In this document: positions 20,811 to 29,366 of the stretch, piece by piece
Layout: the number at the start of each line of letters is the position of its first letter
Position numbering within the stretch: position 1 is the first letter of the stretch
Source of the DNA: Ktedonobacterales bacterium
GTDB taxonomy: Bacteria > Chloroflexota > Ktedonobacteria > Ktedonobacterales > JADMIN01
Direction: 5' to 3'
Assembly: GCA_030167145.1 (NCBI GenBank)
Contig: CP126532.1
Span: forward strand, 1,320,001 to 1,352,000
DNA: 32,000 nt
Made by a program: the position numbers and the translations under genes
The notes under the pieces: model-generated
Told to the model about the DNA's origin: nothing
Databases searched by the model: none
What the model saw: the letters and a program-made list of their open reading frames with translations, nothing else

Positions 20811-22508
20811 TCACTTGCCGAAGAAGCGTTGGGTGAAGGTGGCGATGAAGCTGATCTCGATGATGAGGCCGAAGAGCGCCTCGACGGCGGCGAGCTTGGT
20901 GATGGGATTTTCGATGTCTATGCCGCCGGGGAAGAAGCCGCGCCCATGGAATGAGGTGAGGCTGAAGACCAGCGCGCCATCGGGCGAGAAATGCGTGCCG
21001 CCCGCGAACTGACCGAGCAGATAGTAGCCAAGCGCAAAGAAAGTGATAGTGAGAAGGTAGGCAGCGAGGCTTCGGCCTGGACGGTAGCCGTACCCGGCGA
21101 GGGCATCCAGGAAGTGCGAGAAGAGCCACGAGCCCGTGCGTCCCTGTCGCCGGAGCACAGCGCGCTGCAAGACCTGGGCGCGGTAGCCGAAGCGCGCGGC
21201 ATCTTCATTCAAGCCTTGCGCCTGGAGCACAAGAGCAAGCTGGCGATTTGCACGCACCGCATCTTCGAACTCCTTGATGCGCGTGGCGCTGCGTTTGAGC
21301 TTGCCATCGGGTGTGCGCCGTTCGCGCGCTTCGCGCTCTTCGCCGAGGATGATGGGCTTACGTCCGGCCCCACCTGACCAGGGCAGCAACGCGAGATTGA
21401 CATCGCCCCAGCGTATGTCGGCCAGCGAGACGTAGCCATGGGTGTCGTCGCCGAGGACAGCGTCTTGCAGCACGGTGCCCGCGTCGAAGAACACCAGCCG
21501 CAGATCGGCGGGCGTCAGCGTCGCGGGGAAGTCGGGCTTCCAGCGGCGGATGCGTTCGAGTTCATCAGGCGCAAGCGTGCGCCCGGCAAAGGATGCGCCC
21601 CCCAGCCCCGCGCCGCCAATATTTGCGCCTTCCAGATGCGCCCGGCGTAGCGCCACGCCTTCGAGTCGTGCGCCTTCTAGCGATGCGCCTTCCATGCGCG
21701 CCCCGTAGAGCTTCGCGCCAGCAAGGTACGCATCGCGCAGGAATGCGCCTTCGAGCCGTGCGCCGCCGAAGCGTGTGGCTTCCAGATGCGCCTGGCTGAG
21801 CGATGCGGCTGGCAGTCGTGTGCCGCTGAAGGTGGCGGCTTCGGCAAAGGCGCCGAAGAGATCGGCTTTCTCCATTTGCGCATTGCGGAAATTGGCGCCC
21901 GAAAAATACACCTTCTGACAGGATGCGCGCGTCAGCCATGCGCGGCTGAACTGCGCTTCTTCGGCATGCGCGTCGTCGAGCCGCGCTTCTTCCAGATGCG
22001 CCCCAGGCAGGTCTGCGCCTTCGAGGTGCGCCATGCGCAGATCCGCGCGCTCTACATGCACCGTAGCGGCCTCGCAATGTTCGGGGTCCGCGCCGGTCAG
22101 GCCGCCGATCATGCGCGCGAGTGGCAGCCGCCGCAGATTCGCACCGCGCAGGTTCGCGCCGCGCAGGTCGAGGCCAGTTCGTTTGCGCTGCGACACATCC
22201 GACCAATCCACGGGACCGCGCCCGCTCTCGTGGGTGACGAGCAACCATTCGAGATCCGCGCGGCTGAGCTGGATATCTTTGAAGGGATAGATGTTTTGCG
22301 ATGCCTTGACCACAATCGTGCGGCGCTCTTCGAGAAATTGCTGGCGTTCGCCGTCAATCTCCGGCTCGGTGCGCCAGGACTGGCCGCGCTCACGCCAGTA
22401 GCGCCGCCAGTTGCCGCGCGTGGCGACCGTGGTAACGGTGCGCGTGATATCCGCTGCCGCTGGCGCATGAAGTCCGGTATGGCTGTCCAGATCCTCATCC
22501 ATCCCCAA
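20811..22508 (-). CDS. Pentapeptide-repeat protein with C-terminal 2-TM channel-like domain
   Basis: GGAGGGAG SD. About 230 aa of A(D/N)LxG-type pentapeptide repeats (LRGANLRGANLRR...AHLEGADLPGAHLEEARL...GARLEGAFLRDAYLAGAKLYGARMEGASLEGARLEG). The C-terminus is TM (AAYLLTITFFALGYYLL), a loop (FSLTSFHGRGFF), then TM (LAAVEALFGLIIEISFIATF). Confidence 0.8.
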   Translation of the reverse strand: MGMDEDLDSHTGLHAPAAADITRTVTTVATRGNWRRYWRERGQSWRTEPEIDGERQQFLEERRTIVVKASQNIYPFKDIQLSRADLEWLLVTHESGRGPVDWSDVSQRKRTGLDLRGANLRGANLRRLPLARMIGGLTGADPEHCEAATVHVERADLRMAHLEGADLPGAHLEEARLDDAHAEEAQFSRAWLTRASCQKVYFSGANFRNAQMEKADLFGAFAEAATFSGTRLPAASLSQAHLEATRFGGARLEGAFLRDAYLAGAKLYGARMEGASLEGARLEGVALRRAHLEGANIGGAGLGGASFAGRTLAPDELERIRRWKPDFPATLTPADLRLVFFDAGTVLQDAVLGDDTHGYVSLADIRWGDVNLALLPWSGGAGRKPIILGEEREARERRTPDGKLKRSATRIKEFEDAVRANRQLALVLQAQGLNEDAARFGYRAQVLQRAVLRRQGRTGSWLFSHFLDALAGYGYRPGRSLAAYLLTITFFALGYYLLGQFAGGTHFSPDGALVFSLTSFHGRGFFPGGIDIENPITKLAAVEALFGLIIEISFIATFTQRFFGK

Positions 22509-22704
22509 TTTCTCCCTCCGATATACCTACTGGCAAGTTCCAGTATACGGAGGGCGGTCAATCGGTATCGTGGACTGCATTGAGGTCGAGGGAACACGAA
22601 GACCTTGTATGCCGTCATCCATTCCAGTCATAGCGATCTGTCGCATACATCGCGCGCCCCACTGTGGTTGGCGCGTGTGAGTCTACCAAGTGGGGGATGG
22701 AAAC

Positions 22705-23646
22705 ATGACAACTCGCGTCAAATCGTCTTCGTGGCAGAAGCCAGCCGCCGCGCTCGTGGGCCTCTGCGCCGTGCTGGCGCTGCTGGCGGGGTGTGGCAGC
22801 GCCGCGACCTCATCGTCAGCCTATTCGCCACAATTTAGCAACAAATCGCTTAGCGGAGCGCCAGCGGCAACCCCAGCCAATGGAAGCGCGGCTAGCCAGG
22901 GCACGGGAACCGCGCAATACAAGGGGCCGAGCTATCTCATCAAGTCGCTTCAGGTCAACCTTCAGGTGAAAGATACCCAGGCGACCGCCAGCGCTCTGCT
23001 GGCCTGGATTACCGCTACTGATCCGCAATCCACAACGACCGGGCAAGATTACTCGCAGGTGGGCACGGGCCTGTATACCATCACGCTCCAGTTTGCGGTG
23101 CAGGCGACACTCTATCCGCAGATCGAGCAATACCTGGTCAGCTATCCGCAGCAGCATGGCGGCAAGCTGCTAAACCTGCACGAGAATGTGCAGGATGTCA
23201 CCAATGACTATATAGACACCCAGGCGCGGCTAACAAATTTGCGCGCTGAACAGCAGCGTCTGCTGACCCTGATGAGCAAGGCCAGCGCGCTGAGTGATGT
23301 CCTTGCGCTTGACCAACAGTTGACCAATGTCGAAGGGCAGATCGAGGATATTGAGGCGCATCAGCAGGCGCTTGCCAGCCAGACGACGTTCTACACGATC
23401 ACGCTGATGCTCCAGCCCGCTGAACTTCCGGTTACGCCCGCGCAACCAAGTGGATTCCACCCCGGCCAGACGCTGCACGATGCGCTAACGGCAGCGCTCG
23501 CCTTTGCCGGATGGCTTGCCTCGGTCCTCATCTGGCTCGTTGTCTTCAGCGTGTTCGTCTTGCCGGTAGTTGTCGTGGTCTTGTTGGTGCGGCGCTGGCG
23601 GCGGCGGCACGCGGCTGGCAGAGTTGCGCCTTCCACCGCATCGTAG
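22705..23646 (+). CDS. DUF4349-like lipoprotein with coiled coil and C-terminal TM anchor
   Basis: Track ORF 22690..23646; ATG 22705. Lipobox LLAGCGS. Carries VQDVTNDYIDTQARLTNLRAEQQRLLTLMSKASALSDVLALDQQLTNVEGQIEDIE, matching the DUF4349 pattern, and a C-terminal TM WLASVLIWLVVFSVFVLPVVVVVLLV. Confidence 0.7.
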   Translation: MTTRVKSSSWQKPAAALVGLCAVLALLAGCGSAATSSSAYSPQFSNKSLSGAPAATPANGSAASQGTGTAQYKGPSYLIKSLQVNLQVKDTQATASALLAWITATDPQSTTTGQDYSQVGTGLYTITLQFAVQATLYPQIEQYLVSYPQQHGGKLLNLHENVQDVTNDYIDTQARLTNLRAEQQRLLTLMSKASALSDVLALDQQLTNVEGQIEDIEAHQQALASQTTFYTITLMLQPAELPVTPAQPSGFHPGQTLHDALTAALAFAGWLASVLIWLVVFSVFVLPVVVVVLLVRRWRRRHAAGRVAPSTAS

Positions 23647-23668
23647 CGCCGCTGGCGAACCGTGCCAG

Positions 23669-23711
23669 CACAGAGGGGCTGCGACTGAGTTGGTGTGTCA
23701 GCCCCGCTGTG
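23669..23711. terminator. 13-bp stem hairpin between the convergent DUF4349 and CoA-ligase genes
   Basis: CACAGAGGGGCTG (23669-23681) pairs with CAGCCCCGCTGTG (23699-23711) with one mismatch. Confidence 0.5.
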
Positions 23712-23726
23712 CATGCTCTCGATGAC

Positions 23727-25358
23727 CTACTGCGTTACAGCGAACGCTTCACGCAGCTTGTAGCGTTGAATCTTGCCGGTCGCGGTCTTGGGCAATTCTG
23801 CGACGAATTCGATCCAACGCGGATACTTGTGCGGGACGAGCGTGGTTTTCACGTGCTGCTTCAGCGCGTCGGCCAGTTCGTCGCTCGGCGTCTCGCCGGG
23901 CTTCAGCACGACGAACGCCTGTGGCTTCACCAGCCCATCGGCATCCTCCCGCCCGACCACCGCTGCCTCCAGCACCGCCGGATACGAGATGAGCGCTGCC
24001 TCTACTTCCACCGGCGAGACCCATTGCCCGCTCACTTTGAGCATGTCGTCGGAGCGCCCACAATACCAGTAGGCGCCCTGCTCATCCTGATAATACTTAT
24101 CGCCGGTCTGAATCCACTGCCCTAGAATCGTCGCTTTGGTGCGCTCGTGCTTGTTCCAATACTGAGAGCAGGTGCTATCGCCCGCGATCAGCAGATTGCC
24201 GATCTCGCCTCGCGGCACTGGCTGACCTTGCTCATCCACAATCGCCGCGTCGTAGCCAGGCACGAGCCGCCCGGAACTGCCAGGCACTATCTGTCCGCGC
24301 ACATTCGAGATGAAGATGTGCAGAATCTCGGTACTGCCGATGCCATCGAGAATCTCCACGCCGAAACGCTCGTGCCAGCGCCGGTAGATGTCCGCTGGCA
24401 GCGCCTCGCCCGCCGAGACACAGAGCCGCAGCGAAGAGGTGTCGTAGTGGTCAGCGGCGCTGGGCATGGCGAGCATCGCCGCGTAGAGCGTTGGCACGCC
24501 AAAGAAGACGGTTGGCCGCTGCTCGGCGATGACCTGGAATGCCGCATCGGGCGTCACGCGCCCAGGGAAATGGACCGCGCTGGCCCCCACGCTCAGCGGA
24601 AAGTATAGCCCGTTGCCCAGGCCATAGGCGAAGAATAGTTTGGCTGCTGAAAAGGTGATATCGTCCGCCGTCAGTTCCAAAATCGGTTTGGCGTAGAGTT
24701 CCGCACAGCAGTGCATATCGTGCTGCAAGTGAACGCAGCCCTTGGGGAAGCCGGTGCTGCCGGAGCTATAGAGCCAGAATGCGGCGTCGTCGCGTGTGGT
24801 CGGCGCGGGGTCTAGCTCTGCCCGCGCGCCATGCAGCAGGGCGGCGAGATCGAGGGTTCCTGGCTCTGCGCTGGCGGCTTCGCCGCCGCGGTGCACCAGC
24901 ACGATATGGCGTAGGAACGGCAGGGTGCGGCGCAGTGGCGCAAGTTGCTGCCAGAGGTCGGCTTCGGCGATGAGCACACGCGCCCGCGAGTCGTTGAGCA
25001 TATATTGATAGTCTTGCGGGCGCAGTTGCGTATTCAGGGGGATGGGCACGGCGCCAATGGCGATTGCGCCATAGAAGGTAGCGGCGAACTCTGGCGAGTC
25101 ATAGAGCAAGAGCGCTACCCGCTGCTCCATCTCCACACCCAGCGCGCGCAGCGCATTCCCAGCCCGATTTGCCTCTGCAGCGAGCCGCGCATACGTCCAG
25201 TTCTCGTGGGCTGTGCGGACGGCGATGCGTTCGCCCCAGCCCGCTGCCAACGCGCCGCCAAGCAGCGCGGTCGCGGCATTGTAGTCGGTTGGCAACGTAC
25301 TTGCTGGATTCACAACGGTCGAGGTGAGTGGATGCGGAGGAAGTTGCGGTGTGGTCAT
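23727..25358 (-). CDS. Benzoate-CoA ligase family (aryl-acid adenylating) AMP-binding enzyme
   Basis: Motifs seen: AFWLYSSGSTGFPKGCVHLQHD (AMP motif), FFAYGLGN, GIGSTE, GDS....YWN..E.T......W..TGDKY, GRSDDMLKVSG.WVSP.EVE, PKT.TGKIQR. Confidence 0.8.
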   Translation of the reverse strand: MTTPQLPPHPLTSTVVNPASTLPTDYNAATALLGGALAAGWGERIAVRTAHENWTYARLAAEANRAGNALRALGVEMEQRVALLLYDSPEFAATFYGAIAIGAVPIPLNTQLRPQDYQYMLNDSRARVLIAEADLWQQLAPLRRTLPFLRHIVLVHRGGEAASAEPGTLDLAALLHGARAELDPAPTTRDDAAFWLYSSGSTGFPKGCVHLQHDMHCCAELYAKPILELTADDITFSAAKLFFAYGLGNGLYFPLSVGASAVHFPGRVTPDAAFQVIAEQRPTVFFGVPTLYAAMLAMPSAADHYDTSSLRLCVSAGEALPADIYRRWHERFGVEILDGIGSTEILHIFISNVRGQIVPGSSGRLVPGYDAAIVDEQGQPVPRGEIGNLLIAGDSTCSQYWNKHERTKATILGQWIQTGDKYYQDEQGAYWYCGRSDDMLKVSGQWVSPVEVEAALISYPAVLEAAVVGREDADGLVKPQAFVVLKPGETPSDELADALKQHVKTTLVPHKYPRWIEFVAELPKTATGKIQRYKLREAFAVTQ

Positions 25359-25582
25359 GCGGCGCCTCCAGAGCCAGTGGGGAGAGCAGCGAAGCCAAGC
25401 CAGCCAGGTACGCGGACGCGGACGACGCGCCCAATCGCGCGGTATGTGCTGGCTGCGTGCTGGCCCACCGGCATGTACACGCAGTATATGCGCGCTTGCG
25501 CCGCCTGGTCAAACGTTGCACGGCCTCAACGTCGCCCTTGCTGAGTGATGGTGGGCCGCGACTTTCAGTCAGACGCTCGGAT

Positions 25583-25612
25583 TTGGTAGCAACCTTACGC
25601 ATGTGCTATAAT
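25583..25612 (+). promoter_or_regulatory. Promoter TTGGTA-N18-(TGc)TATAAT, about 300 nt upstream of the KGG gene
   Basis: -35 at 25583-25588 and extended -10 TGCTATAAT at 25604-25612. Confidence 0.5.
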
Positions 25613-25910
25613 TCCGTTGCTGAGCTTTTGGTGACGCGATATGGCCGATCAGCGCTTTGTTGTTACGTTTTGCCCTTGGCACGAGACTTGATGAGGTCAA
25701 GGGCTGGTACGTACACGCAAGAGCTTGCGTGCCCTTGAAACCGCCGCCACAACCGGGTGGCGCGCGTATGGCGCCGTAGTGCGTAGATTCGGATGTACGT
25801 AAAAGATCAGGTATGAAAAAGCCAGCCCGGTGGCAGCGTCTTTAGCATTGTAGAGTAGACGGAGCCAACCGCCCCTGGCGGCAGACGCAACATGAGGAGG
25901 ATCGTGACAC

Positions 25911-26102
25911 ATGGCAACTGAGACTCGGAAAGGGCGCGGACGCGGATTCGCCTCGATGGATCCGCAGAAACAGCGCGAGATTGCCAGCAAGGGCGGTCGC
26001 GCGGCGCACCTGCAAGGGACAGCCCACGAGTGGAGCAGTGACGAGGCGCGCGAGGCCGGCCGCAAGGGCGGAGCCGCGAGCCGTGGCCACATGCAAGCCT
26101 AA
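25911..26102 (+). CDS. KGG-repeat general stress protein (YciG/con-10-like)
   Basis: 63 aa with GFASMDPQKQREIASKGGRAAH and EAGRKGGAAS KGG motifs. GAGGAGGA SD. Confidence 0.8.
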   Translation: MATETRKGRGRGFASMDPQKQREIASKGGRAAHLQGTAHEWSSDEAREAGRKGGAASRGHMQA

Positions 26103-26195
26103 GCGCACGCATACCCAGGGACGCCGCAACTGGCATCCCGATACTGGCCGACGTGTACAGCCGTCCGGATGGCACGATCTGTCCGACAACACAAA

Positions 26196-26221
26196 GGGCG
26201 AGCTACAGCTCGCCCGTTTCT
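26196..26221. terminator. Bidirectional intrinsic terminator GGGCGAGCT-aca-AGCTCGCCC with T-rich flanks on both strands
   Basis: A perfect 9-bp stem, followed by GTTTCTCATTCT on + and TTTGTGTTG on -. It lies between the convergent KGG and EamA genes. Confidence 0.75.
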
Positions 26222-26258
26222 CATTCTATGGCCCTACTTATTATCAAGTGTGCATACG

Positions 26259-27275
26259 TCACACCTGCGTGGCGGTTTCCGCCTCTTCGACCATTTCGGG
26301 TATCCGCGTGGCGCGTGTGGCTTCGGCAGTTTCGATGGTTTCGGCAGTAGTCGTAGTGGGTCGCGCGGCGCGGAATGTGGTGATAAGCACGACGGAGGCG
26401 AGGATGATCGCGGCGGCGACGAACGTTAATGGCGAAAGCTGCTCGCCAGCCAGCGCCCAACCCAGGAAGACGGCCACCATCGGGTTGACGTAGGCATAGG
26501 TCGAGGCCAGCGAGAGCGCGGTATTACGCAAGAGCCACACGTAGCATGAGAAGCCCACCAGCGAGCCAAAGATGACCAGATAACCCAGCGCCGCCAGCGA
26601 ACGCACGGAAATTGCGTCTGGATGCAACTGCCCCAGTTCACCTGTCGCCAGCGCGATCACCATCAGCAGCGCGCCGCCCGCCAGCATCTCCATTGCCGTG
26701 CCCAGCAGGGGCGACGTGGGGGATGGCGCGTGCTGAGCATAGAGTGAGCCGAGCGCCCAGCTAAACGATGCGGCAACGACCAGTAGCAGTCCACCTATTT
26801 GCAGCGGGCCGCTGCTCTGCGTGCTGCCAGCAGCGACCAACAGCGCCACACCACCCAGCCCCAGCGCCAGTCCGACCGCTACCATGACACGTGGCCGCTG
26901 CCCGCCGGGTCGCAGCCAATCCAGCAGGGCCATCCAGATGGGCGCCATGCTCACCAGCAGCGCCGTCAGGCCAGAGGGTACGAATTGCTCAGCCCAGACC
27001 ACACCGCCATTGCCACCTACCAGCAGTAGTCCACCCAGCACAGCCGCCGTGCGCCAGTGGAGGAGTTTCGGACGTGCGCCACCGCGCAGTCGCACCCAGC
27101 CATAGAGCAGAATGCCCGCCAACAAAAAGCGCACGCCCGCCATCAGGAGTGGTGGCAGCGTTTCGATGGCAAAACGAATTGCCAGATAGGTCGAGCCCCA
27201 AATGATATACACGGCAAGCAACGCGGCAGCTACCTGTATCCCGCGTGATTCGCTCATCTTCTGCCGTATGGCCAT
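26259..27275 (-). CDS. EamA/DMT-superfamily transporter (YedA-like)
   Basis: 10 TM segments. Carries AALLAVYIIWGSTYLAIRFAIETLPPLLMAGVRFLLAG and a second EamA half. AAGAGAGGTG SD. About 35-aa Thr/Glu-rich C-terminal extension. Confidence 0.85.
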   Translation of the reverse strand: MAIRQKMSESRGIQVAAALLAVYIIWGSTYLAIRFAIETLPPLLMAGVRFLLAGILLYGWVRLRGGARPKLLHWRTAAVLGGLLLVGGNGGVVWAEQFVPSGLTALLVSMAPIWMALLDWLRPGGQRPRVMVAVGLALGLGGVALLVAAGSTQSSGPLQIGGLLLVVAASFSWALGSLYAQHAPSPTSPLLGTAMEMLAGGALLMVIALATGELGQLHPDAISVRSLAALGYLVIFGSLVGFSCYVWLLRNTALSLASTYAYVNPMVAVFLGWALAGEQLSPLTFVAAAIILASVVLITTFRAARPTTTTAETIETAEATRATRIPEMVEEAETATQV

Positions 27276-27472
27276 CGTACACCTCTCTTGCGTATGTCAT
27301 ATCCTGAGAGCATAACACGCGGATTCAGCAAATCGTTGCGATGCGTTCCAATTTCTTTTCCAATCTTTTGCGGTGCGTTGCGATTGGCGAACCCTTCCGG
27401 CGGTAGACGGCAGGTATATGGTGTCTGCCCAGGCCATGATATGAAATACGCTGTCTCGTGAGTCCCATTTTC

Positions 27473-27501
27473 TTGACGCATGATGCCTGTCCGGTTAGAA
27501 T
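27473..27501 (+). promoter_or_regulatory. Sigma-70 promoter TTGACG-N17-TAGAAT
   Basis: -35 at 27473-27478 and -10 at 27496-27501, about 160 nt upstream of ATG 27660. Confidence 0.55.
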
Positions 27502-27659
27502 GGGCCGAGAAATAGCGTATCCATCATGCCTACTTGAGCACTTTGCAGGCAATTCAGCGTCATACCGTCGCCGAAGTCAGCAGCCAGGCAAGAGCGGCTT
27601 TCTGTGGGGTCAAGAGATATACGGCACTGAACGTATGGGCTAAAGGTAGGTTTGGACGC

Positions 27660-29366
27660 ATGGAGGTCACTCGAAGGCGCGCTCACCGCGCCCGGCATCT
27701 TCTCGCGGTGGTGCTGCTGGCGCTGGCGGCGTGCGCGTTGCTGATGCTGGGTGGGCAGCTTCGCTCCGCGCCGATTGCCCACGGCCATGCCTTGCAGCCG
27801 CAAGATAGTCCCACCGCGACACCAACTACACCATCGCCAACGGACACCCCCGTGCCTACCAGCACCCCCAACCCAGGGCAGCTTACGCTGGTCAGTCCAT
27901 CGTCTGCCGCTGGACCGGCAGGGGCGCATATCACGCTCTCCGGCAGCGGCTTCTCTGGTTCGTCTGTAGCGGTTTTTGCCTCGAACCAAGCCAATTGCGG
28001 ATCGAATAAGAAGTCGCTGGCGAGCATCGGCCTGAGCGGCGGCGCGTTCACCAATGCGTCGTTTGTCTGGCCGGCGTTCCCAAGCGGAAGATATTATATC
28101 TGCGCGCCAGGTATGTCGAGCGGCGCGCCATCGTACCAGGAGATGACCGATAAGTCGCCGACGCTGTCACTCTCCACCTCGTCTGTTCAACAGGGCAGTC
28201 TGCTCACTATCACGGGCACAAATTTCGTTGGGCTGCCTGGCGGCTCGCAAATCATGCTTCAGGCATCTCAGGGCGCCACGCAGACGGCGCTCTCACCGAA
28301 TGCCGTTGTCGGTGGCGACGGCAGCTTCAGCCTCCCCTGGACAGTCAACATCCCTGCCACAGGGAACATCCTCATCACCGCGATGTCTGCCCCAGAAGGC
28401 ACCGCGCAGCCAGTATTGCAGGCGAGCGTGTCGCTCACCATCGGCGTCGCCGCGACGGCAACCATCACCGTCACGGAATCCCCGACGGTCGCGCCGACCG
28501 CTGCCACGGGGATAGGTGGTCAAACCGACCACACAAAGGGTTCGGGAGGCGGAGCGCTCTTGCTGCTGGTCGCGGTCATCGTCTTTTTGCTGCTAGCGAT
28601 TTTGGGCATCGTGGCGTTCCTGATGCTGCGCGGGCGCAATCCGCAGGATCCACAGCATGGATCTGATCCTGGCTATGGCGGGTATGGTGGCTATGGCGGC
28701 AGCGGTCCCTACGGAGCGATGCCAACAGGGCGCTATAGCGCACCGGGCCAGGCGGCACAATATGGGCAGACGGGTTTTTATGGTGCGCCTGATCCCTATG
28801 CGGGCGCGTCTGTCGGCGCGGTCAGTCAGTGGGATTCCACCCAGGAGCAGCCTGGCCCAGACTGGCAGCCTCGACCGATGACAGGCTATCAGCAGCCCTA
28901 TGACCAGCCCGGTTATGGTCCGCCGGACTATCAACAGCCCGGCTGGGATGCGACGGGAGCTTATACTGGCGCATATCCACCGGCGGATCCCTGGGCTAAT
29001 CCACAAGCTGGCTATACGGGGCAGCAAGGCTATGCAGATCCACAAGCTGGCTATACGGGGCAGCAAGGCTACGCCGACTATAACGGCTACGGTGGTCAGC
29101 CTGGCTATGGGGATCCGAGCGCATATGGTGCGCAGCAGGGGTATGGCGCGCCTCAGGCGTATCCGCCATCCTATGATGACGGTGGTGGCACAACCAATGC
29201 GGCGGGCTGGTCTGGCTATCCACCGGCAGGCAATCCGGGGCAGCCCGGCGGCCAGCGCGACCAGCATCCGCGTGGCGCGGGCGGCCAGCAAGGCGGCAAT
29301 CCCGATGAATTCGGGCCGTGGCCCGACCTGAACGACGGCTCGACCCGTGGCGCGGGCGAGTGGTAA
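27660..29366 (+). CDS. Bitopic membrane protein: signal anchor, two IPT/TIG-like Ig domains, TM, Gly/Tyr/Gln/Pro-rich cytoplasmic tail
   Basis: Track ORF 27534..29366. ATG 27660 (MEVTRRRAHRARHLLAVVLLALAACALLML). Carries LTLVSPSSAAGPAGAHITLSGSGFSG and LSLSTSSVQQGSLLTITGTNFVG. TM is LLLLVAVIVFLLLAILGIVAFLML. The tail is about 240 aa of GYGG / QQGY / PQAGYTGQQGYAD repeats. Confidence 0.65.
   Translation: MEVTRRRAHRARHLLAVVLLALAACALLMLGGQLRSAPIAHGHALQPQDSPTATPTTPSPTDTPVPTSTPNPGQLTLVSPSSAAGPAGAHITLSGSGFSGSSVAVFASNQANCGSNKKSLASIGLSGGAFTNASFVWPAFPSGRYYICAPGMSSGAPSYQEMTDKSPTLSLSTSSVQQGSLLTITGTNFVGLPGGSQIMLQASQGATQTALSPNAVVGGDGSFSLPWTVNIPATGNILITAMSAPEGTAQPVLQASVSLTIGVAATATITVTESPTVAPTAATGIGGQTDHTKGSGGGALLLLVAVIVFLLLAILGIVAFLMLRGRNPQDPQHGSDPGYGGYGGYGGSGPYGAMPTGRYSAPGQAAQYGQTGFYGAPDPYAGASVGAVSQWDSTQEQPGPDWQPRPMTGYQQPYDQPGYGPPDYQQPGWDATGAYTGAYPPADPWANPQAGYTGQQGYADPQAGYTGQQGYADYNGYGGQPGYGDPSAYGAQQGYGAPQAYPPSYDDGGGTTNAAGWSGYPPAGNPGQPGGQRDQHPRGAGGQQGGNPDEFGPWPDLNDGSTRGAGEW
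29001..29078 (+). repeat. 39-bp tandem duplication inside the low-complexity tail (PQAGYTGQQGYAD x2)
   Basis: 29001-29039 and 29040-29078 differ at only a few positions near the unit ends. Confidence 0.9.
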
